Shown here: piece after piece, positions 26,028 to 38,192 of the stretch
How positions within the stretch are numbered: the first letter of the stretch is position 1
How the letters are laid out: every line of letters begins with the position of its first letter
Assembly (NCBI GenBank): GCA_043228905.1
Contig: JBHGNT010000014.1
Location: forward strand, 9,052,001-9,116,000
Length of the DNA stretch: 64,000 bases
Direction: 5' to 3'
Origin: Azolla caroliniana
Taxonomy: Eukaryota > Plantae > Polypodiophyta
Position numbers and translations under genes: made by a program
Notes under the pieces: model-generated
The model's database searches: none
Told to the model about the DNA's origin: nothing
Seen by the model: only the letters and a program-made list of their open reading frames with translations

Positions 26028-26818
26028 TGATCAAGATAAAGATGTGCATTGTGAGGAGATTCAAGAAGTTGAGAATAGACAGTTGCACAAAGAGAGAGAG
26101 AGAGAGAGAGAGATGTGCTCAAAGGAGACTATCTTACATTAACCATCAAACATCTTTACAATGCTTAGTCTCTCACTTATATAGTGAGGGCAGCTTAGCC
26201 CTAACTGTGAGGGTGTGTTCACACTAGGACACAAGTGGGTAGATGGAACTTTTAGCTCAACAAACTCCGTCATGAAAGGACTACTCTGACTGCATACAAT
26301 GATATGGGATTATCTCCCCCGTAAACCTAGATTACAATTTTAATCTAAGGTACAATTGTATAATTACAAGTCAGTCGGCATAGGGCCGAATTGGTAGAGG
26401 TAGGGTCGTGATCTAGCCTAATTCAACTAGTTATCCGGATTGTATGTTGTCCAGGTCGGCTTGTCTGAGCCAGTCGTATTGACTAATTCGGATCGAATTT
26501 CGTCCGAATCGTGTTCGAATCTTACTCTCGGCCTTTGGTCATTCGTTTGCTTCCCGCTCATGCTAGCTCCTATGCTTCTCACTAGATCCTCGATTTTTCT
26601 CAAGGTTCATTTGTTCGTTGATCGTTTCCTCTCCAGTCAGTGTCTTCGCTTAGTGTTGCATCTTGAGCCTCTTGGTTTTCCAATTCTCTGTACTTAGCCT
26701 TTTCGGCTCTCTTCTTCTCGGTTGCTTGTCATAGTCCCATCATTGTCCTTAGTGCTCCAAAGCGTTGTTCTAGGAGTGGATTCGTCAAGCAATCAACGAT
26801 GTTCACCTCGGTGTTGAT
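26028..26818 (-). mobile_element. 3' fragment of another copia (RNase H end, charged tail, short LTR 26028-26262) replacing the RT region of E
   Basis: The minus strand reads INTEVNIVDCLTNPLLEQRFGALRTMMGL, then a K/R/E-rich stretch, then ...GGAGTT|TGTTGAG. Confidence 0.7.
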
Positions 26819-27282
26819 CCACAACGAAGGCTAAATATATTGCTGCCACTAAAGCTAGTAAGGAATTGTTATGGCTGAAGAAATTCTTACGAGAGTTGGA
26901 GCTGATGTAAGAAAGGTATATTCTGTACTGTGAACGCCAAAGTGTTATACATTTTAAGCAAGAATTCTTCCTTTCATTCTAAGTCAAAACACATAGATGT
27001 TAGATACCATTGGATTAGAGATCTGCTTCAAGAAAAGCAAATGCATATTGAAAAGATTCACACCAGTAAGACTGGCTCCTACATGATGACAAAATGTTTA
27101 TCAAGGGATGGGGATAAACATATTGCACCGCCACTTGAGATGGATGGGGATAATTGTTGGGTCAATCCACTCAAGTGGAGCCCACAACATGGAGCCGGTT
27201 GATAGCCGAAGGGAAAAAGTTCTAATTGTTTATAACTATATATGTATGTATGTATGTATGTATGTCCTTCTTTTGTATGTCC

Positions 27283-27370
<88 letters not shown>

Positions 27371-27973
27371 TTTTCTATGTTTATGTGTGAATGTAGATAC
27401 AAATATAGACGTTGAACTACAAGGCAAATAAAAGGCAGAAGAACACAAAAGAAAAACAGGAGCGTACCGAAAACGAAGAGTACGAGACACAGAGAAAAAC
27501 TACGCATGAGTGAACAGAGATAGCGTTGAAAAGCAAAACACACAAAAGAGAGAAAACAGATATCTGAGAAAGCAAGAAGAGGTGTGACACAGTGGGAACG
27601 TTATAAAGCTTCTACAAAACAAAGAAACAAAGTGTGTGAGCTCAAGAAAGGGGTGATCGAGAGCGAGAGCAGGTTGCAGACGTGAAGACAGAGATTGTGT
27701 GAGGTGTTGCTCGTACTACCATAGAGTCAACAACAACTCTTCTATCTATCTATACACGGTTCATTCGTTCTGTGTTTTTTGTTTCTTTGTTTCTTTTTGT
27801 TGTTCATTTCACTCGATAGGGTGAAGATTGTAACCAAGGTTGTAGCCTTCAAATATATGTGTATTCCTCTAGCGGAAGTTCTAGAGGTTGTCAACACCAT
27901 GTATACTCAGAAAATAATGAATCTGTTTCAGAACCTAGGGTTCCTGTGATTTTCCCATTTTTGGGTTTTCTGT

Positions 27974-30900
27974 TGTCGTAGTGAGTTCGTACACTACATG
28001 AAAAATGTATAAAATAACTAGTTGAATAAATATTAGGAAGACAGCAAAAACATTAAAATATATGATACATGTGTAGGGCAACAAGATTCAAAACTTGTAC
28101 CCCCATGCTAATAATTAGAGCCTTACCATTATACTAACACATCATAAGTATTAAAAAACTAGATATCCCACATACAAAGGTTATTTCACGCATATTTTTT
28201 AGGAAAAACTACTTTTATACGTGTAGAGTGCATAAAACTTTAGTTTAAAAAAAACGGATGATCAAAAAAAGCTATTCGTGGACACCTCACGTGCATGAAC
28301 ATTATTATTAGAAGAAAAAACGTGAAGTTTATAGTTAGAGAAAGCATGGATTGCTACATACTTAGTCTCTCCCATCACTATATAAGGGTGGGGAGCAAAT
28401 TGTAATAGTGTGTTGATTCTTGGGTTTTATTAATATTTCTAAATATTGATCTGATTGATTACATTCGTGTGATTCACGATTTTCAATCTATGTTTTCTAA
28501 TCTATTCTAATTTACTATTAGGATTCTAAGGGTTTATTAATCTAATACAATACACTCGTGGTATTCACGAGGTTTCTATATGTCTTTCTTACAATCTATT
28601 CACATTCCTATCTGTCAAAAAATTTCTCCTCCTCCTAGTCCAAACCCTAGCGGTTCCCACCCGACTCACGCAAATGATCCGACGCCGAAAGGCACGACAC
28701 ATTTGGTGAACCTGACGTGAAGACGGGTGGCAAGGAGATGGAGAATCAACAAGAGGAAATGAACATGATGATGACTATGTTCGAGCGGATGCTGCAATTA
28801 CATCGCGTGATGTCAAAGATCGCGACGCTAGTAGATCGGCTCATGCAACAGAACGGGCAATTCAATGAAAAGGACATGTCACGCTATCTACATGACTACA
28901 AGGCGAAGATGATGCGGCGTGGGATACCGAAAAGATTGCAAGTGACATCCTTCAGTCGGGTGGACACAGATGGGCTCCAAGAGAGCATCCACAAGATACA
29001 ACAAAACCTAACATGGGTGTCCTTCAAAGAAACTTTACGAAAGGCATATGATTACGAGAGACCAAAGGGACGAGGTTTGCAGGAGTTCGACCAGTGGGTG
29101 GCATTAGCGAAGATCCACCAAAACGCGACACAAGCATTCCTAGTGTTCGAGCATTGTTTTTCTCAACTCTCGGAGGGGGAACAATGATTGGTGGGGGTGG
29201 ATAAAGTCCTAATGTTCGTATGATCGATCGATCAGAAAGAAAGGATGGACATTGGTATCGAACTTGAAGATGATGACCGAGGATTGGGCCGAAGTCGAAA
29301 GAGTATGCCAACGACATGATAAAAAGCAGATGGGAACCTCGTCGGCCACAACACAGCCCACAAGCGGCGGTCAAAAGAGGGTGACAAGCGAAGATACACT
29401 ACCACCAAAGGAGGAGAGCTCATCGCGGAAGGATCCGACGGTGCACAAGGAAGCCTTGATAAGGGAAGCGTACGAGATCTTGAAAATGCAAGTCGACATC
29501 GAAGGGAATCCTACGTCAGAGCCGAACTCGAGAGAAACAAACAATGAGGAGGAATTCACCTCCTATCAATTGAGGACAAACGATGTGTCCAAGACGACTT
29601 GGCCAAAGTACAATACGTCGGTACCACGGGAAAGGGTATAGAACAAGACGACCAAGGATAAGGCCGATGACTTGAGAGTGGCGAATGCTACTTCAAGGGT
29701 GGAAGAAGGTTTCGGGACACGATTGCTCGAAACATCGGGTGACGACGCGGTAAGCATAATCGAGGCTTGCATGATCGAGGAGGGCAAAGAGTGTGAAGCC
29801 TATGGATTTGAAGAGATAGCCACGAACAACAATATTGAGTCGGAGGTGGCTATGGACGAGTCAATGGCGGATGGCCGGATCAAGACTTTCCCAACACTAT
29901 TTCTAGAGACTTCAGTGGTTGTGTTCGAAAGGCAACGTGAGACCAAAGAGACGGACGATGGCGGGGAGAAAACGAAGGTCGAAGTCGATGCATACAACGG
30001 AGAGATAGCCGAGAAGGTGGCTATGGGAGAAACGACAGAGGACGGTAATACCAAGGATTCCTACCCACTAACTCTAGAGACTTCGATAGTTGTGTCTGAG
30101 AACCAATGTGAGACCGAAGAGAAGGAAGGTGGCAACAAGGAACGTAAAGCCAGAAGTGGGTCCGCCTAGAATTCCAGCCTAAACGAAAGCCGAACCAAGC
30201 AGAAGTGGATTCGGCCGAAATCCGTTCGGTCAATCCCGACCCGGACGGAAATTGTTCTAGCCGGAAGCTGATAAGACGAGACCAATCCGAAAAGAAGCTA
30301 ATTCGGTTCAATCGGAGGTCGAACCGATCAAGGCCGGTGAACATGAGGAAAAGGAAGCCAACCTAGTCCGAAACAGATCGGTCGAACTTGATCCGGAAGG
30401 GGGCCGACTCGGTCGAAACTGATCGACCGAGTCCAATTCGGCTGAATGCGAATCCGGATGGAAGCCGACCCAACTGAAAGTCGATCGGACGAGACCAATC
30501 CGGAAAGAAATCGAGGTTGATGAAGACAAGGAGAGGCCAAGTCGGAGCACTACCACGGATGACAAGGACCAAGCGGATTTGAAGGGTGTTATCGAGGATG
30601 AGATCTCAACAAAGGAGGGCTCTAACATGAAGATTGTCAACTCTAACGCGAGATTGTATGACGAAGGTGGACGAAGTGGGAAGCATGAAAACATGCACTT
30701 GAAGGAACTACATGGGGTAGTCAACGTCGATATTCGGACAAAGCCTTGGGGAGGAAGGGCACAAAACAAGAATAAATGATGGGTCGAAGTGCCTTGACCA
30801 AGAAGACAGTCGGGACGAAGGTGGCACATGCACGAGACATGAAGGGTTAAGCTCAAGAGGAGCACAAGGAGCCATGACAACCAGTCATGGCCAAGCAAAG

Positions 30901-31813
30901 AGTGGACGAAGAATATGGTGGATCGGATGGCGACAATGGTTCGGGTGGAAGGAATGGACATGCTCAAAATGGAGAGACAAAGTTGACATAGCGGGAGAAA
31001 CAAAGGGTATTACATATGAAGGAGAATAACGAGCTCCGGCAACTTTGGCACATATTGGAGGATGTGCGGGTTCGGAGGGGATGAGTGTCGTAGTATAGTT
31101 CGTACACTACGTGAAAAACATATAAAATAACTAATTGAATAAATATGAAGAAAACGGAGAAAACATTGAAATATATGTTACATGTGTAAGGCAACAAGAT
31201 TCAAGCCTTGTACCTCCATGCTAATAATTTGAAGCCTTACCATTATACTAACACATCATAAGTGTTTAAAAAACTAAATATCCCACATACAAAGGTTATT
31301 TCACACATATTTTTTAGGAAAAACTACTTTTATATGTGTAGAGTGCATAAAACTTTAGTTAAAAGAAAACTTATGATCGAAAAAAGCTATTCATGCACAC
31401 CTCACGTGCATGAACACTATTATTAGAAGAAAAAACATGAAGTCTATAGTTAGAAAAAGCATGGATTGCTACATACTTAGTCTCTCCCATCACTATATAA
31501 GGGTGGGGAGCAAATTGTAATAGTGTGTTGATTCTTGGGTTTTATTAATATTTCTAAATATTGATCTGATTGATTATATTCGTGTGATTCACGATTTTCA
31601 ATCTATGTTTTCTAATCTATTCTAATTTACTATTAGGATTCTACGGGTTGATTAATCTAATACAATACACTCGTGGTATTCACGAGGTTTCTATATGTCT
31701 TTCTTACAATCTATTCACATTCCTATCTGTCTAAAAATTCTCCTCCTCCTAGTCCAAACCCTAGCGGTTCCCACCCGACTCACGCAAATGATCTGACGTC
31801 GAAAGGCATGACA
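27974..31813 (+). mobile_element. Non-autonomous Ty3/gypsy-type element (gag, no recognisable pol) with tRNA-Trp PBS
   Basis: LTRs 27974-28699 and 31086-31813 (TGTCGT...ACGACA). PBS TGGTGAACCTGACGTGA 28704-28720. PPT GGAGGGGATGAG 31074-31085. Gag-like ORF from 28717. TSD not clean. Confidence 0.9.
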
Positions 31814-33322
31814 CCATGTTAAAAATCTGGTGTATTTTCATTTTTGTCTTGTGGTTTCATTCGTTGTTAATTGTATTGGTAATCCAAGCTAGTCCTGATT
31901 CAGTTCCATATTCCTAACAGAGAGAAGTGCAAATAAAAACGAGTAACAAAGGTTGAACTAGGATCAAAACCGTCATGGTTGCCATTTTGATGAAACACAC
32001 GAAAATGAAGAATATATGGCAGAAGGGGATCAGACGGCTAAAGATCATCATTGTCATGGTTACAATCATGATGAGACACATGAAAATAAAGAAGGCATCA
32101 GGATGGAGACCATTTTCATTGAGTTTATGATAATGAGGATCAATTCATTGAGGTTGTGATTGTTATAAAACACATCGAAAATGAAGAATACGGTAAAAGG
32201 AAATTGGATAAGGATAGAGATCATCGTCATTGTGGTTGAAAGAGAGTCATAAACAAGATAAGAGGCTAGAAAGGATCATGATTGCCTCACATATGATTTT
32301 GATAAGTGCCCATAAGGTTTAGGTTTTGACCATGGTAAGGGATTGCATGATGATGATGATGATGGTTGTGACAAGGTTGAGTGCAACAATACGTGTTTGG
32401 GTGAGTGTAATGATACATGTGAGCATTGTGATCATAAAAAATGGTTGTGTATTTATTGTAGACTTGGTTATGATACACTTTAAGGGTAAGTAACATAAAA
32501 ATGGTAAGAATGATGATGAGCACCCATAGGATTATAAGAATTTTTGTGCTTTAGGTTGTGATGGTAGGGTTTATGGCGATGACAATAAGGGTTTGGGGTA
32601 GGTCAAAAGGTGATAATCATGAGGGATTTCTTGATGAATATGGAGCAAGGGTTTGTGTTGATGAGGATTTTGTAGAAAAATGTGTCGATAGTGATGATAT
32701 GAAAGAATGTGATGATGGTGATTCAGCTACAAGTGTGTATAATGGTCATGTGAGTATTAGTGATGATGAGTAGAATATTTTTTCATGGAATCTAGTCGCG
32801 TAGGGGTGGTGGAATTGGCTTGTGTAGAGTTTTTGCGTGCTGACTTCGTGTAAACCTCTTAAGTAAATTGATCGTGTGAAGTCTTCTTGAAAACTCTTTG
32901 TATAAAACCCGTTGCATAATCTCTTGAAGTTCGCATAAATTCATCCCCTAATTCTTAAGGATTATGCCTTTACATGGTTCGTTGCAAGGATTTATATGTC
33001 ATGAAAATTCGAAATTAATGGAAAGAAAAGTAGAAATTATCCTACAATCTTGCACATAGTGTTCCCTAGATTTGTTTTCAGTGTTTCTTTTAGCAAAGCC
33101 AAAACATCCTATTATATCTGTCTCTATAAGTTTGCATCCCTAGAATATTCTACATCGATCCTAAGTCTTCATTTTCAAGAACTTATTAGGACAACATTTA
33201 TTTTCTTAGGAATTGATGTGAACCATAAAGAAGAGACTTCAAGATCGGATACCTCTTTCTTCTATGAATACGTAAATAAGATCTATCAACACAATGGCAC
33301 ATAATAATGTGGAGCCAATGAG

Positions 33323-34300
33323 TAGCAATTGGCAATGATTTGGTTTCAGCTAAACCAAACCGCAAAACTATGCATTAAAGGTTTAAATAGTTGGCTTTCG
33401 GTTTTAGAGTTTGCAAATGGGTTTGTTTGAGCCTTTATTGGCTTAATGGTTTGTAGTTTAAACAACTTCAAACCGTGGCTTAAATGACTTAATAGTTTAG
33501 GGTTAAGACATTTTGGAAATATTTATTAAATATGATTTAATTTTATAAAGTTAAGGGTTGTAGCTTATTAATATAAAAAGTTATAACATTAAGATCCAAT
33601 CTTCTCTTATTTGCTCAGTTTATAAGTAGGCATCTTTTAACGGGAAAAGTATTTGTTATGTAACTATGCAAGAGTTAGCACATAACTGTGGCTCAATGGC
33701 TTAGCAATTACAAATTTCTTGAACTATTTGGTTTGAGCTTGAAAAACCATGATTTGGTTTTAGCTGTTTGGGCTTAAAAGAATCATGATTTGATGACGGT
33801 TGAAACAGTTTTAGTTAAAAGCCTTTTGAGTTTTAGTTTGAAACATTTGAGACAAATTTTAGTCTCCTAAATCTAATCTATAACATTGAAGAGCAATTGG
33901 CTAAATGGAAACGTGATAAATTCATTGATTCAAATATATATTGAGCAATCTTAGCTAAAAGAACATCATTTTGGTGCTAATATTTTGTTGTGGCGACAAA
34001 ATAAGTAATTTAATTGTCATTTCACAAGAACTCTTCATGATCATCATGACATTGAAGACTTCATAGAAGTCAGTGAACTAGACTTATTATTGGCTCTTAT
34101 TGAGACACTTCGCTACATGTATTGTTTTGTGATTAGTTACTATGATTAGCTACGACTTGAGTCAGATCGAACAACAAAAATCTTTGATTATTGGCTCAAT
34201 GGTTTAAAAGGTTTGGTTTAGGCCTTGAGATTTGTCAATGGTTTAGCTTGGGCTCAAATTGGCTTGGGGGTTCAAGGGCTTGGTTTGGTTCAATTCGACC
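33323..34300. mobile_element. Degenerate hAT-type non-autonomous element related to the 12291 MITE
   Basis: Starts TAGCAAT...GCTAAACCAAACCG and has the same GGTTT/GGCTT-rich subterminal pattern. Right end and TSD unresolved. Confidence 0.45.
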
Positions 34301-34544
34301 CTTTATCAGTTGAACCATTTGTATTTTAAATGACTACAAATTGCAACTTAAACCACCTAGTAGTTGAAGGTTCAAATTTTGTTATTAAATATGAATTAAC
34401 TTTATACAATTGAGAGATGTAGCCAATTTATAATATAATAAGTTGAAACATTTAAGTGTAACTAGAGGGACAACATAAACATATAGCAAGCTTAGTAAGT
34501 AGAAGAATATAATTGATTTAAGGGAAATGTATGAGATAACATAC

Positions 34545-34639
34545 CTTGAGCTTCTTTCCATGGTAAAGAACAAGTGGTCCATACACAAGAGCTAAAAGGA
34601 TGTAGTTACATAACGATTGGGTTGTTGGGGCATGAACAC
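34545..34639 (-). CDS. SLC35F-like transporter, exon 2
   Basis: caattag|GT GTT CAT...AAG|gtatgt. Encodes (G)VHAPTTQSLCNYILLALVYGPLVLYHGKKLK, the family motif APTxQSxxNYxLLAxVYG. Phase matches exon 1. Confidence 0.93.
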
Positions 34640-35255
34640 CTAATTGACCAAAACAAGAGAACAGCAGTAAGCAATATGGTTTTTACCTCACAACAACATG
34701 CATCATATATGGGCAAAGGCGGGGCGGGGAAGTGCTTTGTGGTCTCTTCACATGGGAGCGGAGGTGGCAATGGGACGGATGTGTGAGTGTATGTATTTGC
34801 TCATAAATTTGTTGGTTTATTATATGGAGCAAGCAAGCATGTTGGGTGCTTGCAAGTTGCCACCCTTAATTAAAACTTTTTCAAGAACACATACGTTATG
34901 TACAAATTGGGTAGGTAGGGAGGGAGAGGACCAAAGACGCGAGAGGCGACGAGAGAATAAAAAGAAAACACACACTACATGCATGCAGCATGTATGTACA
35001 TACTCTAGAAACGTCTACACACACACACACACTCACTCACTCACTCACTCACACACAAGTCATGAGCATTGAGAATCACCTCAACTTGTTTCGATTTGAA
35101 TACAGTACATACATATATATGTATGTACATATAGAGATAGTATGTAATTTGAAGGTCCCACCACTGAATGGAATCAATGTGTGTGTGTGTGTCATATACA
35201 TACATACATACATACATACATACATACATACAATATGTATATTATATATACATAC

Positions 35256-35727
35256 CCATGGACGCCAGGTGAGAGGAAGCGACGCCGGTGGCTGTGATGA
35301 GGAAGGACAGCAGCTGCCCCAGGAGGAGCCCACCCAACAACTGCCGCCGCATCATCATCATCATCATCCTCCCTCTCCCTCTCCCTCTCCCTCTCCCTAC
35401 CACCTCCTCCTTCTCATTATCCATGCCCATGCCCACGCCCACGCCCACGCCCACGCCCACGCCCATGGCACCGCCGCCACATTTAAGCTTGCCTCCTCCT
35501 CCTCCTCCTCCTCCTGCTGCATCATCATCCACGTGTGACCTAATAATAACTCCTCCTCCTCCTTCTCCTTCTCCTTCTCCTTCTCCTTCTCCCATGCCTG
35601 CTTGAGCCTCTGGATCTGCCGGAGCTGACCAATACGTCAGTTCGTCTCCTGCATCATCATCACCATCCTCATTCTTCTGTTCCTCGCTCATCTGCACCGC
35701 CATTTTTACTTCTCTGTCTCCGCTCAT
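35256..35727 (-). CDS. SLC35F1/F2-like (DUF914) membrane transporter, exon 1
   Basis: First in-frame ATG at 35727 (MSGDRE...). A low-complexity N-terminus leads into RRQLLGGLLLGQLLSFLITATGVASSHLASMG, matching TM1 of plant SLC35F proteins. The exon ends at G|GTATGT (phase 1). The true start codon is uncertain because several ATGs are in frame. Confidence 0.85.
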
Positions 35728-35758
35728 TTTTGGAGTGCCCCTTCCCTTCCCTTCCCTT

Positions 35759-35782
35759 CCCCCCCCCCCCCCCCCCCCCCCC
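35759..35782 (-). repeat. G24 homopolymer (sense strand) in the probable 5' UTR of the SLC35F-like gene
   Basis: 24 consecutive C on the + strand, followed on the sense strand by (AAGGG)4, about 30 nt before the first ATG. Confidence 0.9.
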
Positions 35783-37869
35783 AAATCTAATCAACTCCTC
35801 CCTCCCTAACTAAATATAATCAATGATGATGATACAACATCCTCCCCTTGCGTCCGTCACACCACCATTTGGGGCCCCCAATTAACATAACAGTTCTTAG
35901 ACTCCTGAGTTTAGAGTCAATGAGGGATATTTATTCTTAGCCCTCCTATTATCCAATAGCCAGGATGGATACAAGGCGTTGATACTCCTTCATGGATTGA
36001 TTATTAACTTGTGTACATCCTTCTTTTCCCTGTGAACTTCATACTGATAATGATGATGATGATGATGGGAACCACCAGGTGTGCGTGACTCTGATGAGCA
36101 ATTTGGGGCTCTGCCACTTCATTCACGAACGACTAAGCATATTTACTTAGTAAATGTTGTACATATACGAACCGATGAATCTGACTTCAGAATTATGACA
36201 AATGTGAAGAATTAGCTAATTAAACAGGGCTTCAGACTATTCGATTGTTTGTTTACTGAGGAGATCTTTCTGGTTGATTCGGGAATGTCACGTCTCTCTG
36301 ATCTTGTTATGTCTGCAACCATATCAATATCACAAGACATTATCTGCTACAGCCTACCATATCAATATCACAAACACATTATTAGAATCTTCTGTTACCT
36401 TTTTTCAATCCCGCCAATTGTTGGATTTTGGATTCTATGACATACGTGCACACACACGCGAGCGGATACAATCCCAAAAACTTGTCTTTTATATATATTT
36501 ATTTATTTATTTATCGAGAATATGGATAACAGCATAATCAGTGATATGATATGGACTGGTGTTTCATGATATATGAATGTCAGTAAATGCAGCCTACTTA
36601 ACGAATACTCGATGCATTTCCTTGACTGCTTTATTCTTCAAAGTTTTGAGTAACTGGAGCACTCCCGAACGAGAATGTGTACCACTGCAGAGGACAATCT
36701 CTCCAATCATCTGTTTCTATTGTCAATTTGTGTCTGAAGTGCCTGGTCGCTGTACCTGTAGTGGAAGTGTCACATAATAAACATAACTGATGGCGATGGT
36801 GATGGTGATGGCATTAAGTGTGTAGCTAAATAAAGTAGGTCAGCACTTGCTCATATACATGTGTATAGGCATACATACATACATATGTATGTGTGTGTAT
36901 TTGTATATAAATATAAATATATGATTTATTTATTTATATATGTGTGTATGAATGTATTTATACATGAACTTATAACTTTGTTTGGCGGATTGGGATACAA
37001 AACGCTTCATGTTGAGCCTAGTTTCATTGTGAAAGTTGTAATAATCCGTAGACAGTAGGGTTCAACCCAATATAGCAAGTATATATGCACACATGATTGA
37101 TGAAAGTAGTAATAATCCGTCTGCAGTATTTGATTCCTCTTGCCTATTGCCTTTTCTGATTGCAGTCAACAAAGCCAGCCAATCAACACCCATGGACATG
37201 GACATGGTCAAGTTCATTCATTTGAAGAAGGTCAAGCGTTTTTTTTATTGATTTAAAGCAATTAGTTATACTACCTAATTGGATTATTAGCACCACATAA
37301 CATATACAATAATACATGGCGTGTGTGTGATGGGAATAATATATTGTATCATTTTTAAGGAAAGGCCATATGAGTGGATCCTTTTTCTTTATAAGTGAGT
37401 GAGTGCAGTTAGTGTGCGTGTGTGTGTGTGGTGGTAGTGGAGATGAGTGGGTGCAATATACTGCCCCCACACAATATAATCCTCTATTCATCATTTGTGT
37501 ACAAAGTTTTTGGCACCACACCAACCTTCATAGAATCTTTTTTCACTCCCACTTAATAGTTGGGCTTCTTTTTTTACCAAAATTGCCACTTACTTCTATT
37601 TGCAAAATGCTATTGTTTTTCATATTTCAATTTGACAAGGGGAGTACCTCCCTCCCTTCTAGAAATTGTTAGCACGGGAAAATTCCCAAATGGTCATGAA
37701 TGACTAATCACCTTGAGGCAAGTGACTCGTTTTTTAGTGTGTGAATTCATCAAGGTATACAATGCATATATTTAACTTGGGTACATGTATTAATTGACTA
37801 AATATTATGTACAAAATGGCATTATCAATTAACTTGGGTAAAAAACCTAAAGAAGCCCATAAAGTACTC

Positions 37870-38153
37870 TTATGCTACATTCCTCATCAATAGTTATGAG
37901 CTCTTTGATGTTCCATGTTCTCCCCTCAACTTCCTTCTTTTTCTTAGTAATGACGCATTGAAACTTTATTCTATCACACCAAGCCTTCCCTTGTGCCTAT
38001 GAATCCTAGAATCTCATAAAAACCACACATTTGACTTCCCATTAATCGAAGTTCAAGTCTAGTGTGTCATTAGATGTCAACAACTTATGTACAAAAGTTA
38101 TGCCAAAAGTAACTGTAAAGAATTGGATATGATTATGTGCAGCGGAAGAGATA

Positions 38154-38192
<39 letters not shown>

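Larger units (their letters stand above)
23675..31919 (+). mobile_element. Copia element E (Tork/Tnt1-like), internally deleted, with nested insertions
   Basis: TSD GAGAG. 5' LTR 23675-24604. PBS TGGTATCAAAGC at 24607. Gag LLLLGSLPNSWETL, knuckle CRYCGGSNHYKRDC, integrase fragment, RNase H SKHIDVRYHWIR. 3' LTR 27155-27973 plus 31814-31919. Confidence 0.93.

Noticed and set aside
27079-27543. ORFs with HTHTHT, CVCVCV, ERERER or SLSLSL runs (also near 1993, 11329-11737, 16636-17038, 23773-24127, 34990-35538)
   Set aside because: They are translations of (GT)n/(AG)n microsatellites, mostly inside LTRs, or antisense to exon 1. No independent coding evidence.
31055-31110. PPT hairpin in the gypsy element (TGTGCGGG/TTCGTACA)
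   Set aside because: It needs three G-U pairs in 8 bp, too weak to count. Element A and the 26262 junction show no stem either.
31925-32800. His/Asp/Glu-rich coding-like repeats continuing from 23500-23674
   Set aside because: They are contiguous across the E insertion but full of stops with no identifiable domain. Probably an old TE, not callable.
35728-35784. ORF-track extension MGGGGGGGGREGKG of exon 1
   Set aside because: It begins at TTG and reads through the G homopolymer. More likely 5' UTR.
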